A DNA stretch of 64,000 nt, taken from NCBI GenBank assembly GCA_963822965.1, contig CAWGJT010000001.1, positions 96,001-160,000 of the forward strand, written 5' to 3'. A program made the translations under genes and the position numbers. The notes below the pieces were generated by a model. The model saw only the letters and a program-made list of their open reading frames with translations, was not told where the DNA came from and did no database searches. Positions 30,688 through 43,083 of this stretch are shown in pieces. This DNA is from an uncultured delta proteobacterium (GTDB lineage Bacteria; Myxococcota_A; UBA9160; UBA4427). Numbering within the stretch: the first letter of the stretch is position 1; every line of letters starts with the position of its first letter.

Positions 30688-32067
30688 TCACAGGTCCGAC
30701 GCCGAGCAAACGCGGTTCCGCCCCAGCGACTTGGAGCGGTACATCGCCTTGTCGGCCACGTCGAGCAGGGAGTCGCGCTCTCTCGCGTGCTCGGGGAAGG
30801 TGGCGACACCGATCGAGATGGTGAGCTTCAGGTGGCTCTCGCCGCCGGCCTCGAACACGTACTCCTCGACCGTCCGCCGGATGCGCTCGGCGATGGCGAG
30901 CGCCGCCTCGTGGGGCGTATCCACCAGCAGGATCGTGAACTCGTCGCCGCCGTAGCGAGCCAGGGTGTCGACCTGGCGGACGCACTGCAGCAGCAGCTGG
31001 CTCAGCTTGCGCAGGGTCTGGGAGCCCACCAGGTGCCCGTAGCGATCGTTCACGAGCTTGAAACGGTCGAGGTCCAGGAAGAGGACCGAGAGCGGATTCT
31101 CGTAGCGGTCCGCCCGCCGGATCTCGTTCTCCGTCGTCGAGAGCAGGTAGCGGACGTTGTAGATCTCGGTGACGTCGTCGATGAACGCCCGGTCCTTGGC
31201 GTTCTGGTAGCGCTCGGCGTTGCGGAGGGCCGCGAGCGCGTGCTCGGAGACGATCTCCGCCTGCTCCACCTCCGCGTCCACGAAGGGCCGGCCGTCGTCG
31301 AAGATCCACAGCACGCCGGCCTCGTCGCCGTCGCCCCGGATGGGAACCGAGAGGAGGCCTCCCAGGGTCACGCCGGCGTCGCGCAGGGCCGCATGCAGCG
31401 GGCCTCCTTCCACCCGGTCCACGCCGTGGAAGCGCGCCGGATCGACGGGCTTCTGCTCCGTCAGCACCGCGTGGATCCGGCCCGACTCGTCCTCCGAGAA
31501 GCCCCGGAAGGCCAGGGCCTGACCGAGCGGGGACGGGCGGCGGAAGAGCGCGATGCCCCGGTAGCGATGGAGCAGCTCGAGCAGCAGGCCGAGGGCGGTG
31601 GGGTAGACCTCGCCGGGATCGAGGCACGGCGCCAGTTCGCGACAGCGGTCGGTCGTGCGCATGCGGGCGGTGAGCTCGCGGTTCTCGGCCAACAGGTGTC
31701 GCCGCTCGAGCACGCGTTCGACGGCCTGCCGCAGCTCGAGCGCCGCAGCCGGACGAACGAGCACGAAGGCCGCCGCCGGGTCGGCGGCGCGCAGGTCGTC
31801 CGCGGCGGTCTCGGAGGCCAGCAGCACCACGTCCACCGACGGATGCTCCCGGTGCATGCGTTCGACGAGTCGTGTGCCGGAGCCGGCCTCGTCTCCGGTT
31901 CCCCAGACCACGGCGTCGACCGGGCCTTGCTCGAGTGCCTCGAGGGCGCCGGCGGGCGTGTCGCAGGTCTCGAGGCGCGCCACTCCCGAGAGCACCTGCT
32001 GCAACCAGGTGCGTTCGGCCTTGCGCTCATCGACCACCAGGACGCGCGGGTCTCGTCGGCTGCTCAC
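30688..32067 (-). CDS. Pseudo-receiver/GAF-like/GGDEF dinucleotide cyclase, Hypr (GacA-like) type
   Basis: DLDRFK.VND.YGHLVGS, RQVD I-site, RYGGDEF; degenerate N-terminal REC. Confidence 0.88.
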   Translation of the reverse strand: MSSRRDPRVLVVDERKAERTWLQQVLSGVARLETCDTPAGALEALEQGPVDAVVWGTGDEAGSGTRLVERMHREHPSVDVVLLASETAADDLRAADPAAAFVLVRPAAALELRQAVERVLERRHLLAENRELTARMRTTDRCRELAPCLDPGEVYPTALGLLLELLHRYRGIALFRRPSPLGQALAFRGFSEDESGRIHAVLTEQKPVDPARFHGVDRVEGGPLHAALRDAGVTLGGLLSVPIRGDGDEAGVLWIFDDGRPFVDAEVEQAEIVSEHALAALRNAERYQNAKDRAFIDDVTEIYNVRYLLSTTENEIRRADRYENPLSVLFLDLDRFKLVNDRYGHLVGSQTLRKLSQLLLQCVRQVDTLARYGGDEFTILLVDTPHEAALAIAERIRRTVEEYVFEAGGESHLKLTISIGVATFPEHARERDSLLDVADKAMYRSKSLGRNRVCSASDL

Positions 32068-32153
32068 CTGCCCGGCTCCCCCCTCATGGGGTGGGTGACG
32101 CCTCCGCAGGCACACGTGCCCCGCATGCCAGCGAATTTCGCCTGCATGACAGT

Positions 32154-32181
32154 CCTTCGGCGACGGGAGTTGCCGCCTTGA
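32154..32181 (-). promoter_or_regulatory. Sigma28-like promoter upstream of the GGDEF gene
   Basis: TCAAG-N15-GCCGAAGG. Confidence 0.55.
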
Positions 32182-32402
32182 TAGGGGACTGAGCGGGTCG
32201 CGGGCGAAGGAGAGCCCGAGGCCCCCCACCCCCCGACGAGGCGCGCTCTCCGCGCCGGGACCATACCGAAAGCCCCGGGGGCGGCCGCCGGGGCCGCATC
32301 GATTGTGGGCCGGCCGCGGGTCCGCGCGCTGCCGGGTGGGATTCGCCCCTCCGGGCTACCGCTCCGGGTCGAGCCGCGCGCCGGAGGCGAGCGCCGGCGC
32401 CC

Positions 32403-33896
32403 TCAGGCTTCCGGAGCCGAGCGGGCCTCGGGGGGTGGCAGCACCTGGCGCCACTGGATGCCCGCGTCGGTGCTTCGCAGCACCCGGCCGCCCTGCCCCA
32501 CGATGAAGCCGATGCGACCCGACGGCGAGAAGCCCACGTCGCGCATGAACGTGAACAGCTCGGGGAAGTCGCCGCCGGGCGGCTGCCGCCAGGTCTCGCC
32601 GCTGTCGGACGAGACCCGCACCAGCCCCTTCTCGCCCACCGCCACGGCGCGCCCGCCCTCGACCGAGCCCACCGCGAAGAGCGCCTGCTTGCGGTCGATC
32701 TTGCGGTACCGCCAGTGGCGGCCGCCGTCGTCGCTGCGCAGCACCACCCCGCCGAGACCGGCGATGAGGCCGTTCTGCTCGTCCCGGAAGCGCACCGTGA
32801 AGAGGATCGGGTTCTGGATGACCTTCACCCGCATGCCCCCCTTGTCGGCACGCCGACTGGCCAGGTAGCGCTGCAGGAACTGCGGATCGTCGTCGAGGTA
32901 GTCCTCGTAGTCCCAGGGCGGCTGGCCGCGCAGGCGGATGCGGGACGAGTCGATGCCCGCCTCCTCGATCACGATCCGCGCCTCCTGCATGCGGGCCTCG
33001 AGGATCTCGAAGAGCTCGGTCGGGTCTTCGGGCCGGCCGAAGTTGCGGATCTCCTCGGGGCTCGCGTACGCCTCGATGGCGACGTTCAGGTGCAGGTCGT
33101 TGATGATGCTCTTGGCGAAGTTCCGCAGCGCGGGCTTGCGGTCCTCCGGCACGCGCAGGGTGTTGTAGGGCACCTCGATGGGATCGAGCACCACCGAGCC
33201 CTCGATCTGAGAGGGCTGCCAGGTCGCTCCCGCGTCCTCCGAGTAGAAGAGGTAGCCGAACTCTCCGATCAGCCAGCACTTCTGCGAGCCGTGCAGGCAG
33301 TTCACGTCGTTCAGGGTGACGTCGTCGTAGACGTTCTCGCCGTTGCGAACCTTCTCCTGCTCCTCGGGGTTCAGCCAGACGAACATGCGGTGGTTGACGT
33401 CGATGGTGAACGACTGGTCCTGCCAGGTCTTGCCTCCGTCCGTCGTGCGGATGCGGGTTCCCCACTCCCCGACGGCGAGCGCCGTATCGGCGTCGATCGC
33501 GGACACGGAGAAGAGGTGCGTACCCTCCTCCTCCTTCACGTTCGGCTGCCGCGTCCAGTGGCGTCCGCCGTCCTCGGTGCGCAGGATGAGACCGCGCTGC
33601 CCGACGGCCCAGCCGTGCTGCGAGTCTCCCATGGAGACGCTGTAGAGCGACCTCAGGGTGTCGGTGGTGCCCTGGACCCAGGTCTCGCCCCCGTCGGCGG
33701 TCGCGTAGGCGGCTCCGTAGTAGCCCACCGCGACGGCCTGCTCGTCGTCGACGACGGAGATCGCATAGAGATCGTCGTAGATGACGATGTCGCCGCCGGT
33801 CCCGCGGCTGAAGTCGAGGTGCGTCTCGTGGCAGCCCAGGCTCGCGACCAGCAGCAGTGCGGCGCAGGAGAGGGACGAGCGGAGACCATGCGTCAT
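32403..33896 (-). CDS. YCF48/BNR-repeat beta-propeller lipoprotein with inserted domain
   Basis: Lipobox SLG|C; repeated (T/S)xDGGxTW Asp-boxes. Confidence 0.85.
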   Translation of the reverse strand: MTHGLRSSLSCAALLLVASLGCHETHLDFSRGTGGDIVIYDDLYAISVVDDEQAVAVGYYGAAYATADGGETWVQGTTDTLRSLYSVSMGDSQHGWAVGQRGLILRTEDGGRHWTRQPNVKEEEGTHLFSVSAIDADTALAVGEWGTRIRTTDGGKTWQDQSFTIDVNHRMFVWLNPEEQEKVRNGENVYDDVTLNDVNCLHGSQKCWLIGEFGYLFYSEDAGATWQPSQIEGSVVLDPIEVPYNTLRVPEDRKPALRNFAKSIINDLHLNVAIEAYASPEEIRNFGRPEDPTELFEILEARMQEARIVIEEAGIDSSRIRLRGQPPWDYEDYLDDDPQFLQRYLASRRADKGGMRVKVIQNPILFTVRFRDEQNGLIAGLGGVVLRSDDGGRHWRYRKIDRKQALFAVGSVEGGRAVAVGEKGLVRVSSDSGETWRQPPGGDFPELFTFMRDVGFSPSGRIGFIVGQGGRVLRSTDAGIQWRQVLPPPEARSAPEA

Positions 33897-33997
33897 CGGG
33901 GGGGTCCTTGGTGGAGGGGCTCGAGATCGGCCGGAAGCCAGACGGAGCCGGGGTCGGGAGCATCGCTCCCGACCCCGCCCGAATGCGTACGAACGCG

Positions 33998-35323
33998 CTA
34001 GCGGCCCTTGGTGAGGCGGCCGACGTCGATGTAGCGCCGGATCTTGCCCTTGCTCTTGAGCGGCGTGCCGTAGATGTCCCAGAACTCGATCCGGTTGCCG
34101 GTACCCGTCTGGACGTTGGTGATGATGTCCGAGACGATGCGCAGGTCCCGGGGCTCGGGCACGCCTTCCCAGCCGGGGTAGTAGTCGGCCGTCAGCTTGT
34201 CCTGACTCCAGCGCTTGTTGTGCCAGATGATCTTCCAGAGCTCTTCCTTCTGGTCGTAGGCGAAGGAGTAGAGCGCCTTGACGGTCTGCTTGTCGAGGTA
34301 GATGTCCTTGTGGTGGTAGGGATGGTCCGGGTTCTTGGGAATGAAGCGGACCTTCACCGCATGGCGCATCTCCCAGCGATCGTCGGCGAAGGAGAGCCCA
34401 TAGGGGCCGAAGTTGTGGTCCCGGTCGTAGGGATAGCCCTTGACCTTGGTGTTCGTCGGCGCGAGCAGGTCCATCTCGCCCAGGCACTGCCACTCGTACT
34501 GCGGCGGAATGCCGGCGAAGCTGCGGAGGTCGTCGAACGTGAAGTCGGTGCCCGAGATGGAGTCGGTCCGCTGTGCGGAAGAGATCCGCCGCACGCGGCG
34601 CAGAGTCGGCACGTAGACCCAGGTGTCGTCGTTCTTCGCGTCCGCCCGGGGCAGGTCGGCCGACTTGTATCGGTAGCTCATGAGCATGATGCCGCGGGCG
34701 TCGAAGGGGGCCGTCACGTCCACGCCGAAGGCCATCTTGCGCTTCTCACCCCGGAAGACGTCGCCGCCGTCCTTGGCGTACTCCGGCTCGACGCGGTGGG
34801 AGAGCTGGATCGACTTCGAGGTGCCCTCGTAGTAGAGGGGCAGCTCCTCGCCCCGGTCCCAGTACGAGTAGTAGAAGCTCGCCTGAGCCCCGGCACCCAC
34901 CCACGTATAGTCGAAGTCCCACATGATCTTGGTGCCGGCCTGGGGATCACCCAGGCAGTCGATCTGGTCGATCGGGAAGGGCCGACCCGAGGTGTAGTTC
35001 TCGAGGCTGCCGTCGGGACCGATGCGGGCGGTGCCCTCGAACTTCTTGGTGGCGGCCTTGTAGGCGTCGGCGGGGCTGTAATCCCGGAAGGAGGGACCGA
35101 TCTCCAGCCGCATGCCCTCGTAGAAGAAGAAGTCGCGGTTGTTCCAGAACTCCTCGGGCAGGTAGCGGCGAAGGGCGTCCAGCTTGTCGAACGTGATGAT
35201 GTCGCCTTCCTTGAAGGTGGGCCCCGCACCGCCGGCGTCCTCCTGGGCCAGGGCCGGCGCAGCGGACAGCACCAGCGCGGCCATGCCGAGCCAGGCGATC
35301 CAGTTCGTTCGGGATCCGTTCAT
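33998..35323 (-). CDS. DUF1329 family exported protein
   Basis: Signal peptide ALA|Q, GRPFP, WVYVPTLRRVRR, GTDFTFDD. Confidence 0.82.
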   Translation of the reverse strand: MNGSRTNWIAWLGMAALVLSAAPALAQEDAGGAGPTFKEGDIITFDKLDALRRYLPEEFWNNRDFFFYEGMRLEIGPSFRDYSPADAYKAATKKFEGTARIGPDGSLENYTSGRPFPIDQIDCLGDPQAGTKIMWDFDYTWVGAGAQASFYYSYWDRGEELPLYYEGTSKSIQLSHRVEPEYAKDGGDVFRGEKRKMAFGVDVTAPFDARGIMLMSYRYKSADLPRADAKNDDTWVYVPTLRRVRRISSAQRTDSISGTDFTFDDLRSFAGIPPQYEWQCLGEMDLLAPTNTKVKGYPYDRDHNFGPYGLSFADDRWEMRHAVKVRFIPKNPDHPYHHKDIYLDKQTVKALYSFAYDQKEELWKIIWHNKRWSQDKLTADYYPGWEGVPEPRDLRIVSDIITNVQTGTGNRIEFWDIYGTPLKSKGKIRRYIDVGRLTKGR

Positions 35324-35534
35324 TTCGTTGCTCCTCGCTTCCGATTTTCGGGACGGCGACGAACGGGCCCGGCGAGACGCAGGCGCGACCCGGGCCCAGC
35401 TCGAAACTCGTGTGCAGAACGTGCCGTATCGTGGTGTTTCTAGACTAGGGCGGGCAGAATTGTAAAGGCAAAGATCCGCGCCCGCCCCCACGTCCTTCGC
35501 GTCCCGTCCACCCAGCCCTTCGATCCGGGGTAAA

Positions 35535-37040
35535 ATGACTGCCTCCTTGACGCCTCCCACCCCGCCCGATCCCCGAAGCGATTCGGAGACGGCGGGCGGA
35601 CCCCACGGCGGCGAGCGTGCCCCCGTGGGGCCCAACGCTTCGTCGGACTCCGGTGGGACCGGCCAGCCGAGGCGCCTGTCCGCGTTGAGACAAGCCACGG
35701 ATCGAAACCGTTTCATGCTGCGGACGAGCGGCGTGACGGCGGCGCTCGCCCTCATTTGCTTCCTCGCGGCCGCGGCGCTGCGACACGGCCTGGGCGCCGT
35801 GCTCGATCGCCTGAAACCGCGTGCCGCACGTGCCGCACGCCGCACCGCGCGCCGTACGGCGAGCGTCCGCGCGCTCGTCGCGCGGCTCGGCCGGCTCAAG
35901 GGCGCGTTCGTGAAGGCGGGCCAGTTCGCGGCGGTCCGCCACGATCTGGTTCCGCAGGGTGCTGCCGAAGCGCTCGCGTCCCTGCAGAGCCGCGTGCCCC
36001 CCCTGGCGTTCGCTCACGTCCGCGACGTCATCGAGGCCGAGCTGCGGGCGCCCGTGGACACACTCTTCGCCGAGATCGATCCCCTGCCCCTCGGCGCCGC
36101 GTCCGTCGCCCAGGTGCATCGCGCCCGCCTGCTCTCGGGCGAGAGCGTCGCGGTGAAGGTGCAGTATCCCTGGGTGCGCGCGTCGCTGGACGCCGACCTC
36201 GCGCTGCTGCGCGCCGTCCTGCGCCTGGCGGAGTGGTGGAGCGGGCGCCGCATCCCCGACCGGCGCGGGCTCTTCGAGGAGTTCCGCAACGGGCTCCTCG
36301 AGGAGCTCGACTTCGTCCACGAGGGTCGGGTCGCCGAGGAGATCGCTCGCAACCTGGCGGGCGATCCCCAGATCGCGGTGCCCCGCATCATCGCGTCGCA
36401 CTCCACCGGGCGGGTGCTCACCATGAGCTACTGCGAGACCATCCCGATCACCGACGCGGCGGCGCTCGTCGCCCGGGACGTCTCGCCGGCCGCGGTGCTC
36501 GAGGTGCTCGGTCGAGCGTACGCCAAGCAGATCTTCGTCGACGGGCTGTTCCACGCCGACCCCCACCCCGGCAACCTCTTCGTGGTGGACGAGCCCGAGG
36601 CCCGGTCGCGACCCCGGGTCCTCTTCGTCGACTTCGGACTCTCCCGTCGGCTCTCGCCGGCGCTGCGCAGCAACCTGCGCCACGGCCTCTACGCCGTGCT
36701 TCGATCCGACGTGGACGCCTTCGTCGAACGCATCGACGCGCTGGGGATGATCGCGCCCGGCGCGGAGGCGGGCGTGCGGAGCGCGGTGACACGGATGTTC
36801 GAACGCATCCGCGAGAGCGGCGGCGGACTGGCCGTGCCGGGTCGGGCGATCCTCGGGCTGAAGGACGAGGCCAAGGTGCTGCTGCGCGAGACGCCGGGCC
36901 TGCAGCTGCCCAACGACCTCCTTCTGTATGCGCGAACCCTCACCTACCTGTTCGCGCTCGGCGACCGGCTCGCCCCCGAGGTCGACCTGTTGAAGCTCGC
37001 CACCCCCCACCTCCTTCGCTTCCTCGCCGAGAAGGACTGA
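35535..37040 (+). CDS. AarF/ABC1/UbiB family kinase (start uncertain)
   Basis: FVKAGQ, AASVAQVHRA, VAVKVQYP, EELDF, FHADPHPGN, DFG. Confidence 0.92.
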   Translation: MTASLTPPTPPDPRSDSETAGGPHGGERAPVGPNASSDSGGTGQPRRLSALRQATDRNRFMLRTSGVTAALALICFLAAAALRHGLGAVLDRLKPRAARAARRTARRTASVRALVARLGRLKGAFVKAGQFAAVRHDLVPQGAAEALASLQSRVPPLAFAHVRDVIEAELRAPVDTLFAEIDPLPLGAASVAQVHRARLLSGESVAVKVQYPWVRASLDADLALLRAVLRLAEWWSGRRIPDRRGLFEEFRNGLLEELDFVHEGRVAEEIARNLAGDPQIAVPRIIASHSTGRVLTMSYCETIPITDAAALVARDVSPAAVLEVLGRAYAKQIFVDGLFHADPHPGNLFVVDEPEARSRPRVLFVDFGLSRRLSPALRSNLRHGLYAVLRSDVDAFVERIDALGMIAPGAEAGVRSAVTRMFERIRESGGGLAVPGRAILGLKDEAKVLLRETPGLQLPNDLLLYARTLTYLFALGDRLAPEVDLLKLATPHLLRFLAEKD

Positions 37041-37048
37041 GGGAACGC

Positions 37049-37107
37049 GGCGGCGAACAACCACCGGGGCAAGGCGGCGAAGAACCCACGCAAGGCGGCG
37101 AAGAACC
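37049..37107. repeat. Short direct repeats between convergent genes
   Basis: GCAAGGCGGCGAAGAACC at 37069 and 37090; degenerate copy at 37049. Confidence 0.7.
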
Positions 37108-37128
37108 GAGGCGACCCTCCCGACCGGA

Positions 37129-38349
37129 TCAGGAGCCCGAACGCGTCCCCGAGAGCCGAAGTCCCTGGAGCCGGATGAAGCCGCCGGCGTCGGCCTGGTC
37201 GTAGACGCCCCCGTCCTCCTCGAAGGTGACGAGATCCTCGGAATAGAGCGAGAGCGGCGAGCGACGGCCGGTCACGCGGACGGCTCCCTTGTAGAGCTTC
37301 ACGCGGACCTCGCCCGTCACGTTGCGCTGCGACTCGTCGATCGCGGCGCGCAGGAAGTCCATCTCGGGCGAGAACCAGAAGCCGTTGTAGATCAGCTCGG
37401 CGAAGCGCGGGACCAGCCGGTCCTTCTCGTGCATCACCTCGCGATCGAGGGTGATGGACTCCATGGCCCGGTGCGCCACGTGGAGCACGGTGCCGCCCGG
37501 GGTCTCGTAGACGCCGCGCGATTTGAGACCCACGAAGCGGTTCTCCACCAGGTCGACGCGCCCCACCCCGTGGGTCCCGGCGATGCGGTTCAGCCGGGCG
37601 AGCAGCGCGGCGGGCGCCAGCGACTCACCGTCCACCGACACGGCGTTGCCGGCCTCGAAGCCGATCACCAGCTCCTGGGACTCATCGGGCGCGCGCTCCG
37701 GCGACTGCGTGAGCAGGAACATCTCCTCCTCGGGGGCGCGCCAGGGGTCCTCGAGGATGCCACCCTCGAACGAGCAGTGCAGCAGGTTGCGGTCGATCGA
37801 GTAGGGCTTCTTGAGCGTGGCGGAGACCGGAATCTCGAACTTCTGCGCGTAGCTCATGCAGTCCGTGCGCGAGCGCAGGTCCCACTCGCGCCAGGGAGCG
37901 ATCACCCGCAGCTCGGGCGCGAGCGCGCGGAAGGTCAGCTCGAAGCGGACCTGATCGTTCCCCTTGCCGGTGGCACCGTGGGCCACGGCGTCGCAACCCG
38001 TCTCCCGCGCCACGTCCACGTGGTGCTTGGCGATGAGCGGGCGCGCCAGCGCCGTCCCCAGCAGGTAGACGCCTTCGTAGATCGCGCCGCCGCGGACGGC
38101 CGGGAACACGTAGTCCCGCACGAACTCCTCGCGCACGTCGCGGATCACGCACGTCTCGGCGCCCGTCGCGCGCGACTTCTCGGGCAGCCCGGAGAGCTCC
38201 TCCTCCTGCCCCACGTCCGCGCAGTAGGCCACGACCTCGCAGCCGTACTCCTCGATCAGCCAACGCAGGATGACGGAGGTGTCGAGACCCCCGCTGTAGG
38301 CGAGGCAGACGCGCTTGGGAGGGTTGAGGCTGGCCTTCTTTCCGGGCAT
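37129..38349 (-). CDS. argG: Argininosuccinate synthase
   Basis: [34 protein letters not shown]. Confidence 0.97.
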   Translation of the reverse strand: MPGKKASLNPPKRVCLAYSGGLDTSVILRWLIEEYGCEVVAYCADVGQEEELSGLPEKSRATGAETCVIRDVREEFVRDYVFPAVRGGAIYEGVYLLGTALARPLIAKHHVDVARETGCDAVAHGATGKGNDQVRFELTFRALAPELRVIAPWREWDLRSRTDCMSYAQKFEIPVSATLKKPYSIDRNLLHCSFEGGILEDPWRAPEEEMFLLTQSPERAPDESQELVIGFEAGNAVSVDGESLAPAALLARLNRIAGTHGVGRVDLVENRFVGLKSRGVYETPGGTVLHVAHRAMESITLDREVMHEKDRLVPRFAELIYNGFWFSPEMDFLRAAIDESQRNVTGEVRVKLYKGAVRVTGRRSPLSLYSEDLVTFEEDGGVYDQADAGGFIRLQGLRLSGTRSGS

Positions 38350-38402
38350 GGCGGCTCTCCGGGGATTCAGGAGGCCGGATTCTACCCCGTCGCCGGGGAT
38401 TT

Positions 38403-39377
38403 TCAGGCGGGTCGGCCGGCGAGCGGGAGGCGGATGGCGGTGGCGCGGCCCGCCTTCGCGAGGCGCACGGTGTGAACCCGGCCTCCGTGCGGCGCGACGG
38501 CTTCACACAGGGACTGGGGCTCGCGGCCCTCCGGCTCGTCGTCACCGCTGCCACGGGGACGATCGACGAGCGTCACGAGCACCGCGCGCTGGCCGCCTCG
38601 ACCCATGGTCCGGGCACTCAGGGTGAGGGTGCTGCCCGCCTCGGCGGTGGCCAGCCGCAGGCGCAGCAGGCGCACCAGCGCCGCTTCCAGCACGTCGGGG
38701 TCGCCGCTCGCGGCGGGAAGCTGGGCGGGGACCAGCAGGTCCAGGCGCAGGCCGGCCACCTCGAAGGCTTCTCCCACCCGGGCAGCCACCTCGTGGACCG
38801 TCCGCACCGGGTCGAGCTCTGCGTTCGCAGCCACCTCGCCGCCCCGCCCGTCGAGCGCGGCGCCGAGCTCGTCGCTCCACTTCCGGGCGCGGCTCAGCGC
38901 CGAGATGCCTCGCTCGACGGCGCTGCGGAAGGCCTCGTTGCGCCGGCCGCCGGTCTGGTCGATGAGCTGCTCGAGGGACGCCGTCGCCTCTTCGAGGGGC
39001 TCCTCCATCTCGCGGTGGACCGCCTGCAGCTTGGCGTCGATGGCCGGCTCGTCGAGCAGCAGCACGACCACGCCCACCCGATCCTGGCGCTCCTCGCCCG
39101 GCGCCTCGATGGGCGAAGCCAGCCCCAGATATCCGCGCCGTTCCTCGCGCATGCGGAATCGCGCGGTGCGACCGTTGGCGCACACCTCGGCCACCGCCGT
39201 CAGCACCGCCTCCCGGCCGCCCCCCTCGAAGAGCGCGGCGAGCTCCCGGCCCTGCACCGGCTCGCCATCCTCCGCGAAGCGGCGTTCGAACGCCGGGTTG
39301 GCGTAGACGACCCGGCCCTCCGGATCGATCACCAGGCAGGGCGCGTCGAGGAACGAGAGCAGCGAGACGCCTTCCAT
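38403..39377 (-). CDS. PAS domain protein with degenerate histidine-kinase region
   Basis: [27 protein letters not shown]-box-like; N and G boxes eroded. Confidence 0.65.
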   Translation of the reverse strand: MEGVSLLSFLDAPCLVIDPEGRVVYANPAFERRFAEDGEPVQGRELAALFEGGGREAVLTAVAEVCANGRTARFRMREERRGYLGLASPIEAPGEERQDRVGVVVLLLDEPAIDAKLQAVHREMEEPLEEATASLEQLIDQTGGRRNEAFRSAVERGISALSRARKWSDELGAALDGRGGEVAANAELDPVRTVHEVAARVGEAFEVAGLRLDLLVPAQLPAASGDPDVLEAALVRLLRLRLATAEAGSTLTLSARTMGRGGQRAVLVTLVDRPRGSGDDEPEGREPQSLCEAVAPHGGRVHTVRLAKAGRATAIRLPLAGRPA

Positions 39378-39961
39378 CAGGCCTGCATCTCCACGATGTC
39401 CGCGTCGAGCAGGTGGCCCACGATGCGCAGCGCCTCGAACGCGTCCATGCCGGACAGCGAGATGAGGTCCGAGATGGGGGTGATGCCGTCGATCAACGAC
39501 AGCATGAAGCCGGCGTCGGAAGGCAGGTTGTAGCCCTTGAGGTCGCCCGCGGCGCCCCGCAGCGTCGGCACCCCGTCCAGGCGACCGACGCGCTCGGTGT
39601 ACTGCCGCAGCAGGCGGCTCCGGACGATCTCGAGGGTGGCCTCGAACTCGAGGGCGGCCGGCTCCGAGTCGCCGGGGCTGCGCAGGAGGTCGAACGCGCC
39701 CTCCCAGTCGCCCTTCGTGACCAGGTCGCCGACGGCGTGCACGATGTGGCGGCAGGTGTCCGACATCTGCTCGTCGAGCGGCAGACGACGCTGCTCCCGG
39801 CGATCGGCCGTCTGGATGTAGTCCAGCGCCTCCGGATTCTTCGGGTCGATCGCCAGCACGCGACGCCAGGTCTGGATCGCCTTCCCGATCGCGTCTTCGC
39901 CATACTGGTCGAGCCCCTCCGCCAGGAGCCGCGCGATCTCGGCCTTCTTGGCTTCCTCCAT
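39377..39961 (-). CDS. TPR plus winged-helix-like protein
   Basis: AIQTWRRVLAIDPKNPEA; GFMLSLIDG...GM C-terminal domain. Confidence 0.7.
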   Translation of the reverse strand: MEEAKKAEIARLLAEGLDQYGEDAIGKAIQTWRRVLAIDPKNPEALDYIQTADRREQRRLPLDEQMSDTCRHIVHAVGDLVTKGDWEGAFDLLRSPGDSEPAALEFEATLEIVRSRLLRQYTERVGRLDGVPTLRGAAGDLKGYNLPSDAGFMLSLIDGITPISDLISLSGMDAFEALRIVGHLLDADIVEMQA

Positions 39962-39967
39962 GCTCGC

Positions 39968-41535
<1,568 letters not shown>

Positions 41536-41539
<4 letters not shown>

Positions 41540-42804
41540 CTCGTCCCCCCATGCACTGCTCGACGCGGCTTCAGCCTGCCCAGCAATCTGCGCGCTTCCT
41601 CGTCGCCGGCGTCGAGCTCGAGCGCCCGCTCCAGCTCCACGATCGCGTGGCCCTGGTCACCGCTCTCGGCCAGTGCCTGCGCCAGGCTCGTGTGATACCG
41701 CCCCACTTCGGGGCTGTGCTCGACGGCGCGCTCCGCATACTCGCGTGCCTCTACCTTGTCGCCCAGGGCGAGCGCGCCCCGCGCGGCCATGTCGTTCAGC
41801 TCCGGATCGTGGGGCCGGTGGAGCAGCGCCTCCTCGCAGCGCTTGAATCCCGCCTTCCAATCCGCGACGTCCTTCCACTCCTTCGCCTCGCGGAGCAGCG
41901 CGTCCACACGCGCGGTCGAAATGCCCGACTGGATGTCCGCGAAGGCCTGCTTGTAGGTCTCTTCGTGGGGGTCGAAGGCGATGGCCAGCCGGATGCTCGA
42001 GGCGGCCTCGAGGTGATGTCCGTTCTCCGCCCACGTGCGGGCCGAATCGTAGAAGCTGCGCGCCTTCCGCCGCCGTTCGTTCAGGATCGATTCGGGAATC
42101 TTGAACGGCATGCGCTGGCGGAGTCGCTCGAGGGGTGTCTGCGGGACGGGCGCCGCGGTCCCCGACGCGGGTGCCGCCGCCGTCCGGGCCTGGGCGGTCA
42201 CCATCGCCTTCTGCACCTCGGCCCGGGTCGCCGGGTCGGAGAGGAGCTCGTAGGCCTCGAGCACCTTCTTGAAGATGGCTTCGAGGTGCGCCTTGTACCC
42301 GCCGATCTCCTTGCGGAAGTAACGGTCCGGGTGGAAGTCCCGGGACAGGGCGCGGTAGGCCTTCTTGATCGCCTTGCCGTCGGCGTTCGACGAGACGCCG
42401 AGGATCTCGGCGTAGCCGCAGCCCAGGCGGCCGCGCATCTCGAGGATCCGGCGCTGGCTCTCCACGTCGATGTCGAGGCTCGGATCGAGGGCGCTCTCGT
42501 CGAGCGCGCCGGGCACCGGGTCCGGCGCCTTCACCCGGGCGGACGGGGGCGCCACGGGCCGGGGCCGGCGCTCCACGCCGCCCATCTCGATCACGCCGTC
42601 CGACAGCCACATCTCGATGCACATGTCGACTTCGTCGGTGGTCATGCCGCCGATCTCCCGCAGCAGACGCCACGGGGTATGTCCGTCGATTCGGGAGAGC
42701 AGGTATCCCTCCGCGGCGCTGAGACGAAGGCTCGTCGGATCGCACCCCGCGCGCAGGCACGGAGTCCGTCCGAGGTCTTCCTCGGAAACAGCACCCAGAT
42801 CCAT
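41536..42804 (-). CDS. Winged-helix/J-domain/TPR co-chaperone
   Basis: YAEILGV...IKKAYR...FHPDRY...AYELLSD; C-terminal TPRs; GAGGA RBS. Confidence 0.88.
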
Positions 42805-43083
42805 ATCGTCCTCGCGAGAGCGGGCGCGCGAGCCCGTCCCTCGACGCATCTGATCGGAGACACGCAGGCAAAAGCTGAGGATCCAGGCGCGATGCGGTGG
42901 GATACCCCCGCAGGGAACACCTCGTCCTGGAAGACCTCGGGAGTGAGGGGAAGACCCGAGGCTCGGTGGTCCGCCAGGACCGGACGGAAGACGACCGATT
43001 CTGACGGGTGGGGAGGCCGCGGGCAGGCGGCTGGGCGCGCGCGGTCGCCAGGAGGGGCGCGGGCCGCCCCGGGGCCGAGCGCG

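Noticed and set aside
32105..32132. Sigma54 promoter upstream of the GGDEF gene (also 35412-35426)
   Set aside because: GG-to-GC spacing is not 10 nt.
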